A DNA stretch of 64,000 nt from an uncultured Cytophagales bacterium (lineage in GTDB: Bacteria > Bacteroidota > Bacteroidia > Cytophagales > Spirosomataceae): NCBI GenBank assembly GCA_964559125.1, contig CAZLGW010000020.1, forward strand, positions 9,555-73,554, written 5' to 3'. Under the pieces are notes generated by a model, which saw nothing but the letters and a program-made list of their open reading frames with translations, searched no databases and was not told where the DNA came from. The stretch's first letter is position 1. The number at the start of each line of letters is the position of its first letter. Position numbers and translations under genes: made by a program. Of this stretch, positions 18,039 to 28,439 are shown in pieces.

Positions 18039-19724
18039 TTAATTTCCTTTTCCGTAATCAGGCGATTTTTTGTCAAACCAGACCCTTTCTTTAGCCAGTG
18101 CCTCGACAGAGAAATCGTTAGGCGTGAAGCCCTGTTCGGTCATGGCTGCACTCCAGTTGGCCCGGTTAACCTCGCCCGGATCGAGGGTCCACCATCTTCT
18201 GGGCAGCATATCATCGGCTATGGTTTCCCGTGCCAGCAGGGTGGAATTGAATTTCGGATAACCGGTCCGGCGGGCCAGTGTAAACGCCTCGTTGGGGTCA
18301 CGGTAGAAATTCAGAAGCATCTGGATATAGATCTTTTCGAGATCGGTGGTTCCGTCAAATTTTACTTTCGGATTGGCAAGATGCGTTTCTATCATCGATT
18401 CGATATCGCCGTATGAAGTGGAATTGGCCGAAACGGCTATTTCATTCATCGACAATGACGACGCCCGGAGCCCCTTGTTATACCAGTCGGCCGCGGTCCC
18501 TTTTGTATCGATACCTGCTCCGTAGCCTTTTTGTATAAACTCCGCGATCTGGAAGCAGACTTCTGCGTATGAGAACAATACATCGATTACCGTACCGCTC
18601 CCCTGGTCTACCGTAGGTGCGAAAAACTTGCGGTTGACGGTAGAGATCAACTGGTACCTGTTAGAGCCGCCACCGTTGAACGGGTTGACGAAATAAGTAC
18701 TGACAGGCGGGTTCGACTGGAAATCGGCAGGTCCTCCCTGGTACATGATATGGGGATCGTTCATATTGATCCACGACGGCAATACCCTGTCATATTTCGC
18801 CAGCGTATCCTTGAAGCTGCCTGTCAGGGAGTTCTTGTCGTAGTAAATGCCCAGGCGCGGGTCGCCGGAAGATTTCATGAATTCTACGGCAGTCCCTACC
18901 GCAAAATGCCGGCTGTAGATGTCGATGTTGTAGCCGTCGACCCCAAATGGATAGTAGGCCGGATTTTTATGGATCAACTGGTCTGCATTGGAGCTGAGCG
19001 GACCCACCGGGTCTGCCATTACCTCTTTGAAAACCTGAGTTGCCTTTGCGGGGTCCTGGTTCTGGAGCCTGGCAGCTATCCTTAATTTCAAAGAGTTGGC
19101 CAGCTTGATCCATTTCGTAACGTCGCCGGCGAAAAAGACATCGTTGTTGCCGAATGCCACCTGGTTGGGCGAATTCTTCTGAAGCGTGGCGATAGCATCC
19201 GACAGCTCTTTCAGCCATAGCGTAAACAGGGTCTCCTGGTTGTCGAACTTCGGATTGTAAAGCCCTTCATCCCTGCCTTTGTTTGCTTCCGTATAGGGCA
19301 TGGAGCCGTTCATATCGCTTACCTTCAGCGCCATCATTATCTGCGGGATATAGGTGATGGCATTGATCTGCTCGAACTTTTCCTTGTCCGGTTTCAGCTC
19401 AATCAGCCGTCTTATCTCGACAAGGTTAGGCAATACGCTTGTGTAAAACAGCCTGTAGCGGCCGTTCACCGCCGTCGTTGACACGGCGTAGCTTTGCCCG
19501 GTTACCAACTGGCAGGCCGACAGGAAATGTGTAAACCCTTCGTTCCAGTATTCTCCGCCGCGCGAGGTCTGCATGGGAACCAGCGACGAGGTGAAAAGCA
19601 ACCGTACATCTACGTCGGTAACCACGTTGGGGTTGACATTTACCGTCTCGAAATCATTGGTGCATGAGTTTGATGACAAACCCAGTAATACAGCAATGGA
19701 CATATATAGAAACTTCTTTTTCAT
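18039..19724 (-). CDS. SusD/RagB family lipoprotein (SusD-like_2 type; locus 2)
   Basis: Lipobox SNSC; GSMPYTEA, WIKLANSLKLRIAAR, DPRL, LEKIYIQ, RRTGYP. Confidence 0.93.
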   Translation of the reverse strand: MKKKFLYMSIAVLLGLSSNSCTNDFETVNVNPNVVTDVDVRLLFTSSLVPMQTSRGGEYWNEGFTHFLSACQLVTGQSYAVSTTAVNGRYRLFYTSVLPNLVEIRRLIELKPDKEKFEQINAITYIPQIMMALKVSDMNGSMPYTEANKGRDEGLYNPKFDNQETLFTLWLKELSDAIATLQKNSPNQVAFGNNDVFFAGDVTKWIKLANSLKLRIAARLQNQDPAKATQVFKEVMADPVGPLSSNADQLIHKNPAYYPFGVDGYNIDIYSRHFAVGTAVEFMKSSGDPRLGIYYDKNSLTGSFKDTLAKYDRVLPSWINMNDPHIMYQGGPADFQSNPPVSTYFVNPFNGGGSNRYQLISTVNRKFFAPTVDQGSGTVIDVLFSYAEVCFQIAEFIQKGYGAGIDTKGTAADWYNKGLRASSLSMNEIAVSANSTSYGDIESMIETHLANPKVKFDGTTDLEKIYIQMLLNFYRDPNEAFTLARRTGYPKFNSTLLARETIADDMLPRRWWTLDPGEVNRANWSAAMTEQGFTPNDFSVEALAKERVWFDKKSPDYGKGN

Positions 19725-19760
19725 TTCTTCTTCTTAAGATATGATCATCATCAGTGGACA

Positions 19761-22700
19761 CTACAAACGGATCTTGATTGATCCTCCCATCGACCGCACC
19801 ATCGGCAGGAATCCTTCCTCACCTACAGCCGAAGTCAGGTTGGAATTAAGCGATGCCGGGTTTAAGTCAAAAGGCAGTGAGTTATAAAGATACCCCAGGT
19901 CCCTGGCAATGAGACTGACCGAAATTCCGTTTACCCGGAGCTTAGTCGCAATGTCTTTGGGGAGATTGTAGGAGATCATCACCTGGCGAAGCGCTACCCA
20001 ACTGCTCTTGACAATCCAGAAATCGGATATACCTGTCGAAGAGGAAGCATAGCGATAGTAGAACTGGGGAGCGTGCGTCGGCTCGACCAGCCCGGCATCG
20101 TAAGCTTCTTTAAAGGTCATACCTCCCACATCTGCAGTGCCTCCTCCGGGAGTGGATACTACCTGTCCTTTGGCGAAAACCCCATCGATGATCATCCCGT
20201 CGTCGTAGGTGATTCCGTCGAATTTGCTGGTAAAGGTGATCCCGCCGTGTTCGGCGTCGCGGCCAAACAATGTATTAGGCAATACTCCCGTGTGGGTACC
20301 CGACCTGATGGCAGACATCGCCATATCGCCGCCGAATTTCGCATCGAGCAGGATATTGAGCATCCAGTTTTTATAGGAGAAATCGTTGGAGAACCCTCCT
20401 CTGAATTTCGCATTGATGTCGCCTATATCCTGGTAGGTGTTGCTTCTCTGCGGGAAGGCTGCGCGGGCGTCGTTTCTCCATGCCAGCACGGTCATGCCTG
20501 TCCTGGGGTCGCGCGGATCTTCGGGGTTAACATACTTCAGCGACTGGGTAGTCGACCGTATCGTACCGTACGATTTCCCGACTACTGCCCAGGAGCTTGC
20601 ATCAAAGGCTGCGCCGCCGAGCGGGTAGTCGTTCCTTCCCTCCGCGAGCGAAACGATCAGGTTCTTGTTGCGGGAGAAAGTCACGCGGGAATTCCAGGCA
20701 AAATTTGCGGTTTCGATCGGAGAGCCGTCGAGGGAGATCTCAATACCCTTGTTCTGAATGTTCCCGGCATTGATCTTAACACCGGTAACTCCTGTTTCAA
20801 CCGGCGTCGAGATATCGATGATCTGGTCATAGGTATTGTCCTGGTAAAGGGTGACATCGAAGCCGACCCTGTTTTTCAGGAACCTGGCTTCCAGCCCGAT
20901 CTCTTTAGAAATTTTTCTCTCCGGCTTCAGCCTGGAAGACAAGGTGGTGGGAGAGCTGAAATCGGCCCTGGTAGGCTCGCCGGGCATACCGATCACTTTT
21001 CCTGAGAACCTGTAACCAGGGTTAATAACGAAAGGTTCGGTGTCTTTACCGAGCGCAGCGATATTCGTCCTCAGCTTCGCGAAAGTAACCGCATTCGGAA
21101 GACTGAAGGTCTCTGAAACGATCCACGAAAGACTGGCGGAAGGGTAGTTGTAAAAGTTATTTCCCGTTCCGTCGGCATAAGTCAGGGCCGAAGACCAGTC
21201 GCCCCGCCAGGTGGTAGACAGGTACAGCTGGTTTTTGTAGTCAAAATCGGCTGCCGCATAAATCGAGTTGATCCGTTTGTTGTAGTTGATACCCCCGGTT
21301 ACTAAGGGTGAATTGACGGAGTTGGCAATGAAGAAGTTGCCGGGTACCATGAGCCCACCGTTGGTCGTCCCCTGGGTGAAAGAGCTGATAGAGCTATACA
21401 TTTCCCCCCCCATAAAACCGCTGAACGCGAGGTCCTGCCCTATATTGATATTGGAGAATGTAAGAATGGCCTTTTTGAAATTGCTTTCTTTCTTCGACTG
21501 GTTGATGGTGTACGACCCGCCGCTGTAGTTGCTAAAATGGCCTAATGCCTTATTCTCGTACTTGTCGTAGTTGTTGTTCATGTTGCCTTCCACGGTCAGG
21601 CTGGCCCAGTCGGTAAGCTTCGCTGTCAGGGCAAACCGGCCCATGAAGTTGCGGCTATCCATCGTGGCGACTGTATTGTGCATATTAAACCAGAATTCCG
21701 GCGCCATCACCTTGTTTGGCTCTAGCGGGTTGGTGGCTTTGGGCGCTCCGCCGAAAGCCTGGCTGGTATATCTTTCCTGCTGATTCCAGTATTTAGTGTC
21801 GTAGTTACGCGGGAACATCCACATAAAGGCAACGCCCCAGTTGTCGCCGGCGAAAGTATCGGTATACGGAGCCCAGGTAAGGTTTTGCGGGTTGGTATTG
21901 TCGCTGCCGGTATAGCTTGCGCTGAAATCAGTGCTGAGCCATTTTGCCACCTGGTGGGTAGCCCTTACGTTGAAGCTGTTGCGCTTCATTTTGTTGTTTA
22001 CCGAAATACCCGTCTGCGCGTCATGTGTCGCTCCGAACCGGTAGGTCGTTTTTTCGCCGCCACCTGAAAAGGCAACGCTGGTGGTGCTTAGCGTACCGTT
22101 CTTGAAGGCGTCGAGGAAGTTGTTAGGGACTGCTTTATATTCCGTCCAGGTGCCGTCGTAGTTCCGCACCCTCTGGCCTGCAAATCTCGGGCCCCAGTTT
22201 TCATTTTCACGGTTTACGCCGGGGTCGATATAGGGCTCATTGGTGTTAGGATCGATAGGAAACACTTTTGTGGTCCACATCTGGTTGGGCTGGTAGTTCG
22301 GGTCGCGGGCGTCGGTAAAGAAGGCCCCGACGCTGCCCCCTCCGAATTCGTTCTGGAATTTAGGCCCTTTATAGGGGTTGTAAACCATGAAATTCTGTGA
22401 AATATCAACACCCAGCCCTGTAGCCTTGCTCCCTTTTTTCGTGGTGATCAGCACCACCCCGTTGATAGCTCTTGAACCGTACAGCGCAGCTGCGGAGGAG
22501 CCTTTCAGGATGGAGACACTTTCAAAGTTTTCGCTGTTGAGGTTTGTCAGGTCGTTGGCAAAATCGCGGCCTCCGGCGACCGATTCGTTGTCGACAATAA
22601 TCCCGTCGATCACGAAGATAGGCTGGTTGTTCTGACTCAGCGTTGAGTTACCCCTGATGACGATCCTGGAATTTCCGAACGGGCCGGAAGCACTCTGGTC

Positions 22701-23528
22701 GATCTGCACGCCCGACACTTTGCCCATCAGCGAGTTGATAGGGTTGATCTGCTGGGTAGCGGCCAGTTCCGAACCCTTCACTTCCGTTACCGAGAATCCC
22801 AGCATCCTCTTTTCTTTCGACATACCGAAAGCAGTTACGACGACCTCATTCAGCGCTTTCGTGTCGGTTGTCAGCGAAATGTCGACGGTGCCCCTGCTGC
22901 CTACCACCACTTCCTGGCTCAGGTATCCTACGAAGCTGAAAATCAGGACGGAATTGTCGTTTTCGACCGAAAGCTGGTAATTGCCGTTCTCGTCTGTAAT
23001 AGTTCCCTGCTGAGTTCCTTTTACCAGGATGCTTACACCCGGAAGCCCTTCTCCCTTTTCGTCGGTTACCTGCCCTCTTATATTTTTTTGCAGGGGTAGT
23101 TCGGGTTGTAATGCCGGGGCGGTTTCTATCCGGTCGGTAAGTATAATAGTCTTTCCTTCCTGCCGGAATGCAAAAGGTGTTTTCTGCAGGATCAGCTCCA
23201 AGGTCTGGTAAACTGTGCGGGTAGCAGTGGGGACGCTGATGTCATTATACGGCGTAACCTTAGGCGACAGGTAAAAGACATTATAGCCCGATTCTTTCTG
23301 CAGTTTCTGCAGCGCGATTCTGAGTGGGACCTTGTTAAGGCCAAAAGTAATGCTGGCCTCCCGGATATCCTGCGCCCTGCTGACTTCTGCCAGCAGAATC
23401 TGCGCGCTGATAAGCGCAATCATTATGCTGAAAAAGCTTATTTTCATGAGCTTACTCAAAAAATGCCGTTTTTGTCGTCTCCTGAAGGGAACAGCAATCC
23501 GGTTTGCAAAAGCTAGAGTTTTTTGCAT
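19761..23528 (-). CDS. SusC/RagA TonB-dependent transporter with STN extension (locus 2)
   Basis: LNEVVVTAFG, ESVSILKGSSAAALYGSRAINGVVLITTKKG, terminal IKIRL. Confidence 0.96.
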   Translation of the reverse strand: MQKTLAFANRIAVPFRRRQKRHFLSKLMKISFFSIMIALISAQILLAEVSRAQDIREASITFGLNKVPLRIALQKLQKESGYNVFYLSPKVTPYNDISVPTATRTVYQTLELILQKTPFAFRQEGKTIILTDRIETAPALQPELPLQKNIRGQVTDEKGEGLPGVSILVKGTQQGTITDENGNYQLSVENDNSVLIFSFVGYLSQEVVVGSRGTVDISLTTDTKALNEVVVTAFGMSKEKRMLGFSVTEVKGSELAATQQINPINSLMGKVSGVQIDQSASGPFGNSRIVIRGNSTLSQNNQPIFVIDGIIVDNESVAGGRDFANDLTNLNSENFESVSILKGSSAAALYGSRAINGVVLITTKKGSKATGLGVDISQNFMVYNPYKGPKFQNEFGGGSVGAFFTDARDPNYQPNQMWTTKVFPIDPNTNEPYIDPGVNRENENWGPRFAGQRVRNYDGTWTEYKAVPNNFLDAFKNGTLSTTSVAFSGGGEKTTYRFGATHDAQTGISVNNKMKRNSFNVRATHQVAKWLSTDFSASYTGSDNTNPQNLTWAPYTDTFAGDNWGVAFMWMFPRNYDTKYWNQQERYTSQAFGGAPKATNPLEPNKVMAPEFWFNMHNTVATMDSRNFMGRFALTAKLTDWASLTVEGNMNNNYDKYENKALGHFSNYSGGSYTINQSKKESNFKKAILTFSNINIGQDLAFSGFMGGEMYSSISSFTQGTTNGGLMVPGNFFIANSVNSPLVTGGINYNKRINSIYAAADFDYKNQLYLSTTWRGDWSSALTYADGTGNNFYNYPSASLSWIVSETFSLPNAVTFAKLRTNIAALGKDTEPFVINPGYRFSGKVIGMPGEPTRADFSSPTTLSSRLKPERKISKEIGLEARFLKNRVGFDVTLYQDNTYDQIIDISTPVETGVTGVKINAGNIQNKGIEISLDGSPIETANFAWNSRVTFSRNKNLIVSLAEGRNDYPLGGAAFDASSWAVVGKSYGTIRSTTQSLKYVNPEDPRDPRTGMTVLAWRNDARAAFPQRSNTYQDIGDINAKFRGGFSNDFSYKNWMLNILLDAKFGGDMAMSAIRSGTHTGVLPNTLFGRDAEHGGITFTSKFDGITYDDGMIIDGVFAKGQVVSTPGGGTADVGGMTFKEAYDAGLVEPTHAPQFYYRYASSSTGISDFWIVKSSWVALRQVMISYNLPKDIATKLRVNGISVSLIARDLGYLYNSLPFDLNPASLNSNLTSAVGEEGFLPMVRSMGGSIKIRL

Positions 23529-23684
23529 TCTTTGTGTTGTTTAAAAAGTTTGCCAATAAATTTTTTAACGGGACTCCTCTATGCTTTCCAGGGCCGGAGG
23601 AGTTTTTCTTTTCTGTCTGTTAAGGGCTTCTGTTTGATTTGATGATTTTCATTTTTTCAGAATTAAAAGGAAATTGGGAATAGT

Positions 23685-24668
23685 TTAAATACAACTTTTT
23701 TCACCTTCAATAAGGATATCCTTACCCGATATGACGTATTGCGTATTCATTAAAATAGAAAGTGTATGCATTACTTCTTCGAGCGTTTCGGTGCCGGAGA
23801 ACCGGCCGCTGACCCGGCATTCCCGTAGTTCGGGATTCCCGAATACGATATTTACTCCATAGCGCCTGCCTAGGTGGCCGGCCAGTTCATCCAGTATCAT
23901 ATCGTCGAAAGTCATATCCTGTTGCACCCACGCGATAGTTTCGGCAGCTTCTACCGGCTTTTCACCGCTGGCGGAAGATTCTGTGTTGTAAGTAACCTGT
24001 TTATCGGGCGTGAGTACGGCAATAACCCTGTTTTCATCTTCGACCTTTACTTTTCCCCTGGTTACACTCACTGTTATATCCTGCTGTCCGGGCCACGCCG
24101 CAATATTAAAGGCGGTTCCCAGCACGGTTGTTTTGATTTTGCCGGTATAGATGATAAACGGTGTATCGGGGCTGTGGGCAACATCGAAGTAAGCCTCCCC
24201 CGTGAGGTGCACAATCCTTTCGGATTGATTGAAGTTTTTGTCCAGCTCGAGCCTGCTGTCGCCGTTCAGGATAACGGTACTACCGTCGGGGAGGGTCAGG
24301 AAGCGGTTGACGGGCCGGTCGCTTACGCTGGTCGCAGCTACCGGGTCTGCAGTTTCCTTATGCGGACGGGGCGAATGTGTCGGGATCAGCCATGTTACAC
24401 CCAGAAGCACAGCCACTACTGCGGCGGCGCGGAAGTAAGCGTGCCGGTAGAAAGGTTGTGTTTTGACGCGCAGTCGCCCGGAAATTCTTTCTTTCATGCG
24501 GTCGCCCAATGCTTCCAGTTGGTCTTCCGTCAATAGCCCGGAAGCGTCGGGTGCACTGTCAAAAAGAGTATAATAACTTTCCAGGGCGCGGCGTTCTTCA
24601 AACGTGGCACTTCCGTCAAGGTATCGCTCGACAAGTTTCCTGAATTCTTCTTTTCCGGGTTTTGACAT
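23685..24668 (-). CDS. FecR family anti-sigma factor (locus 2)
   Basis: LPDGSTVILNGDSRL, VHLTGEAYFDV, VLGTAFNI. Confidence 0.93.
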   Translation of the reverse strand: MSKPGKEEFRKLVERYLDGSATFEERRALESYYTLFDSAPDASGLLTEDQLEALGDRMKERISGRLRVKTQPFYRHAYFRAAAVVAVLLGVTWLIPTHSPRPHKETADPVAATSVSDRPVNRFLTLPDGSTVILNGDSRLELDKNFNQSERIVHLTGEAYFDVAHSPDTPFIIYTGKIKTTVLGTAFNIAAWPGQQDITVSVTRGKVKVEDENRVIAVLTPDKQVTYNTESSASGEKPVEAAETIAWVQQDMTFDDMILDELAGHLGRRYGVNIVFGNPELRECRVSGRFSGTETLEEVMHTLSILMNTQYVISGKDILIEGEKSCI

Positions 24669-24833
24669 GGGATTGACTGCTTCTTTTCAGTATAGTATGC
24701 CCGGCGGGAAAAAACTCCCAAGGAATAGCTGAATTTTTTTAGAAAAGTCGCGGTCCGGCAGGATCCGGCTCCGTGAAACCTGAAAATACGGGGCAGGTGA
24801 TAGTTCCTTTACGAATTTTGAAATATCAAGGAA

Positions 24834-25415
24834 TCACAATAAGTGAGCCGTCAGTGCGGCGGCAAGGATGAGTAGCTTTGACACTGCTGCCCGCAGGCTT
24901 TCCTGTCCGTTGATGAGTTGATTCTGGACGGTCTTCTGTGTAATATCGAGCTCTTCGGCGATTTCGCGGGTGGATAGCTGCTCAAGGTACCGCAGGCGGA
25001 ATATTTCCCTTCGCTTTTCAGGCTGCTGTGTAAGCCATGCCTGTATCCCCTCCAGTAGTTCTTTCAGGAAAAAGTGACCGTCAGCTTTGTCGTGGCTGAA
25101 GCTCATATGCTCGAGAGGCTCTTCGAAACAGGGCATTTTCCGGTGCTTTTTATACAGCATAAAAACCTGGTACCTGACGGCAGTAAGGAGATAAGGATAA
25201 AGCTGGCCAATATTCCGGGACGACCGGTTAACCCACAGGTCTACGAATACATCCTGGACCACTTCTTCTGCAAACGCACTTTCTTTAAGGCGTTTATGGG
25301 CTTCATTGAACAGTGATTTCCAGTAACGCCGGTAAATTTCATCAAACGCTTCCTCTGCTCCTTGCTGTAAAAGGAGCGCCAGCTCAGGATCGGTATGATG
25401 TTCAAACGGGGTCAT
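24834..25415 (-). CDS. ECF sigma-70 factor (locus 2)
   Basis: AFDEIYRRYW, EEVVQDVFVDLW, REIFRLRYLEQLSTREIAEELDITQKTVQNQL. Confidence 0.92.
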   Translation of the reverse strand: MTPFEHHTDPELALLLQQGAEEAFDEIYRRYWKSLFNEAHKRLKESAFAEEVVQDVFVDLWVNRSSRNIGQLYPYLLTAVRYQVFMLYKKHRKMPCFEEPLEHMSFSHDKADGHFFLKELLEGIQAWLTQQPEKRREIFRLRYLEQLSTREIAEELDITQKTVQNQLINGQESLRAAVSKLLILAAALTAHLL

Positions 25416-25624
25416 TCAGGAATGAAACTATAAAAAGACAGGCATTAGAGCAACTAGCCGGTCGTAAATAGTTAAAAATAATTTCATTTCGAAAAATAAG
25501 GCTTTAGCCAAATTTTCCTTAAAGCTAGGAAATAATATCCCGCAGAATGGTCCGGAAGATAGAAAAGTTTGATTGTTAGAAGGAAGGTGGGCCCGCTATC
25601 CGGATTCCCGAAAGAGCTGAGATC

Positions 25625-28048
25625 CTACTTTTTCCGGATAAGCCATACTTCCGCTAGCGAGCAGCCTCTGCCGGGACCGTCGTTATTGGTGTCAATACTC
25701 CACTTAAGGGATAATTTTCCATCCCGGGTAGCTTCCTTGGGAATGTCGAAAGTAACGGGTTCCGGATCCCACTTCGGCATCAGGTAATCGTGTACGACGA
25801 CGCGGTCGTCTGCTGTCAGCTTAATTTCCACATCTTCAACATAAACGACCCTGACAGCATACTCTGCCTCAGGATCGAGATTTTCATAGCGCATTTCGAG
25901 GGGAAGACCATAGATGGTCTGCATGTAGGTTTTCCAGGAAGTCCGCCACTTCCCGATCCGCTCCATTTCCAGGCTATAGCCGCCGGGAAGTCCTGCAAAG
26001 GCCGAATGAAAGGAGTTCGGATCCTTGGCGTAATCGTTCGAAACGACTATATGCGGCTGGTTTTCCGGATTCCCCAGGTCGTCATAAAATCCTCCCGGGC
26101 CTGGATTTTCCCAGTCGGTCAGGGTAAGAATTTCGCGGATACGTTCTTCTTCCCCTTCTATCTTCTCAATCCTGCTGAACTGATCTTCAAACCAGAAACG
26201 ATTATTGAGCGGGGAATCGACCAGGTCAAGATTTGCTCCTCTTATGGTAGCAATCCCATGGTATTTATCGACGCTGAGCTGCATCCGGATACTCTGGAAA
26301 AGGGCTTCGGCCAGCTCGAAAATTCGCTGCCTCCAGTCGGGTGATACTCTTTCGGAAGCGGCTCTTGCCAGTATCTGCCGCGCCATGCCGATAGCCTCCC
26401 GGGAGCCGAGCTCGCGCGCCCGCCGGAGAGTGGAGGCCGCGAGATCTTCCAGGTGGCTTTCGTATAGGAGCCTGCTGCGGGTATAGGCGTCGTAATATGA
26501 CCTGTACAAAGCCATCTGAAATCTCCAGTTCAGCTTTACCTGCGGTGGGGCATTCCGCTCCATTGTCTGAAAAATGGCGTGATGCGTATATACTCCCTGG
26601 TTGGAGATAAGCGCACCTTTCCAGTTTTTTTCCAGGCTGAGGAGAGCCTGCGCAAACTCGTCTGCATATGCCGGGCCTATAAAATACCTGCTATAGTCGC
26701 GGAGAATTTCGGTTACTTCCGCATCCGGGTTCCACCCGAGGGCGCTCCAGACCATTTTGTTTACGTCGTCATTAACTCCTTCCGAATAGGTAATGAAACC
26801 TTTGTAGCTGGTAGGGTTGACAGCCCGGAAAATCAGTTTCTGATCGACAGGGCGCGGGTTGATGACTTCCCGGTTCTCTGTTACGGTATAGGCGTAGTCC
26901 CAATCCGGTACAAAATACTGGGCATCGATACTATGGGTGATATCAGGATACCGCCTTATGGGATACCGGGCAGGGACGATTTTCCTGAGCGAGTCTACGT
27001 CCATCCTGGTCCAGGGCCCGTGCACTATGCCTGTCAGGACAGCGGGTTCCTTCTTCATGATTTCGATGAAGCGGTCCATCCATTCGGCGCTGTATCCCTG
27101 CGGCGACATCCATATTTCGGCGTTGGGGTGGTAGGTGCGCAGGACTTTCACTTTTCGTTCGAGGTGTTTGAAAAAGACTGCCGGTTCCTGTCTTCCGGGA
27201 TCTCCGCCCGGGATAAATACTGCATCGAGGCGGGGCATGCTTTTAAAGATCGAATCGTTTTCTGCGAGTGATTTCCGGGCTACCTCTTCTTTCGCGTAGT
27301 TTCCGTGCATGAGCGGGTACCACATCCATACATCCAGCCCGTATTTTTTCAGAAGGGAGCTCATCCCGGTCAGCATTTCCTTTTGCGGGAGGGTAAACAT
27401 GGGGCTGTCGGCATCATCGTCCGTATTCGGAGGCATAAGCTCCACGGCATTGGTCCCGAATACAGCCAGGTCACGGATATACTGCTCCCACATTGCCAGG
27501 GTGAATCCGTCATACGAATTCACTTTCGGGCGGTATCCAAGCTGGTGCCCCCGGAGCGCTACTACAGGGGCGGTGTCGGTCGAAACTGACCCGGGGACCA
27601 GTATTCCATTCCTGGAAAGATTTGCTTTTCGCAGAAAATGACCGATTCCAAACAGCATGCCGCGTGTATCGTCGCCCGCAATGAGCAGCAGCGGAGAGCC
27701 GGTCGTTACGAGTTTTACGATATACCCGTCTGCGCGGCCCGGCCGGGGCGTTCCCATGATTGCGGCATACTCCGGATGCCGGCGGAGGGACGCAGCTGTA
27801 CCCGCAACGATTTTTGGGGTGTTTTTAATATCGCTATTCCTGGAGAGGGTAATGCCCGTGCGGGCGTTCACCTCTTCTATAAGCATTGTAATCGCGGCAT
27901 TCCCGGTTTCACTCCTGTCCGAAGCGTCGACCAGGATGGCTTTGGAAAAATTATGATAACCGGTATTCTGAGTCAGGGCGGGGATTGCGCCTGTATAGAA
28001 AAGGAAGAAACTTATTCCTGAAAAAAGCAGATATCCGATAGCTTGCAT
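25625..28048 (-). CDS. Secreted hypothetical protein, probable unclassified glycoside hydrolase (GH20/GH67-like N-domain, barrel, C-terminal beta-sandwich)
   Basis: Signal peptide; DGYIV...IAGDDTRGMLFGIGHFLR N-domain pattern followed by RGHQLGYRPKVNSYD; no exact family recognised. Confidence 0.55.
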   Translation of the reverse strand: MQAIGYLLFSGISFFLFYTGAIPALTQNTGYHNFSKAILVDASDRSETGNAAITMLIEEVNARTGITLSRNSDIKNTPKIVAGTAASLRRHPEYAAIMGTPRPGRADGYIVKLVTTGSPLLLIAGDDTRGMLFGIGHFLRKANLSRNGILVPGSVSTDTAPVVALRGHQLGYRPKVNSYDGFTLAMWEQYIRDLAVFGTNAVELMPPNTDDDADSPMFTLPQKEMLTGMSSLLKKYGLDVWMWYPLMHGNYAKEEVARKSLAENDSIFKSMPRLDAVFIPGGDPGRQEPAVFFKHLERKVKVLRTYHPNAEIWMSPQGYSAEWMDRFIEIMKKEPAVLTGIVHGPWTRMDVDSLRKIVPARYPIRRYPDITHSIDAQYFVPDWDYAYTVTENREVINPRPVDQKLIFRAVNPTSYKGFITYSEGVNDDVNKMVWSALGWNPDAEVTEILRDYSRYFIGPAYADEFAQALLSLEKNWKGALISNQGVYTHHAIFQTMERNAPPQVKLNWRFQMALYRSYYDAYTRSRLLYESHLEDLAASTLRRARELGSREAIGMARQILARAASERVSPDWRQRIFELAEALFQSIRMQLSVDKYHGIATIRGANLDLVDSPLNNRFWFEDQFSRIEKIEGEEERIREILTLTDWENPGPGGFYDDLGNPENQPHIVVSNDYAKDPNSFHSAFAGLPGGYSLEMERIGKWRTSWKTYMQTIYGLPLEMRYENLDPEAEYAVRVVYVEDVEIKLTADDRVVVHDYLMPKWDPEPVTFDIPKEATRDGKLSLKWSIDTNNDGPGRGCSLAEVWLIRKK

Positions 28049-28171
28049 ATACTATGACCGGGAGATATGTCTTTACCCGGCTCAATTTATAATACGCTGC
28101 TGAATCTGATTTGGGCCATTTTTATATGTGTCGTACCTGCGGACCCCGGGTTGATATGACCAGTTCAGCCA

Positions 28172-28300
28172 CAAAAAAATCCGGATCACTCGGGATCCGG
28201 ATTTAAAAAGACTTATTTATAAAATTAAGGCCAGGGTCAAAGAATACTGCGCAGGAGGTATTATGCCTGGCAGAAAAATAAGTTAGCTGAAGTATTAGGT
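28172..28300 (-). ncRNA. Candidate structured small RNA (unassigned)
   Basis: Three nested stems (28211-18/28276-83, 28230-35/28266-71, 28243-47/28258-62) directly upstream of the terminator in a 390-bp ORF-free gap; 5' end is approximate. Confidence 0.5.
28173..28204 (-). terminator. Intrinsic terminator on the minus strand
   Basis: 11-bp stem AAATCCGGATC / GATCCGGATTT (28177-28204) followed by a U7 run on the minus strand. Confidence 0.8.
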
Positions 28301-28439
28301 GTACAAATGGTATAAAACTGTCTTTTTCCGCTGCTAAATAATAGCTCTTGTAAAATTACTAAAAAGATTCATATACCAATCTTTTTTTGAACTTTTTTTG
28401 GACCACCCGGATATGGGGCGGATTCATGCTGCCGGGATA

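Noticed and set aside
20073-21005. 310-aa plus-strand ORF, and the many other 60-230 aa ORFs nested in real genes (e.g. 34530-35216, 26579-27271, 23874-24536)
   Set aside because: Antisense or alternate-frame shadows expected in GC-rich coding DNA; no family motifs
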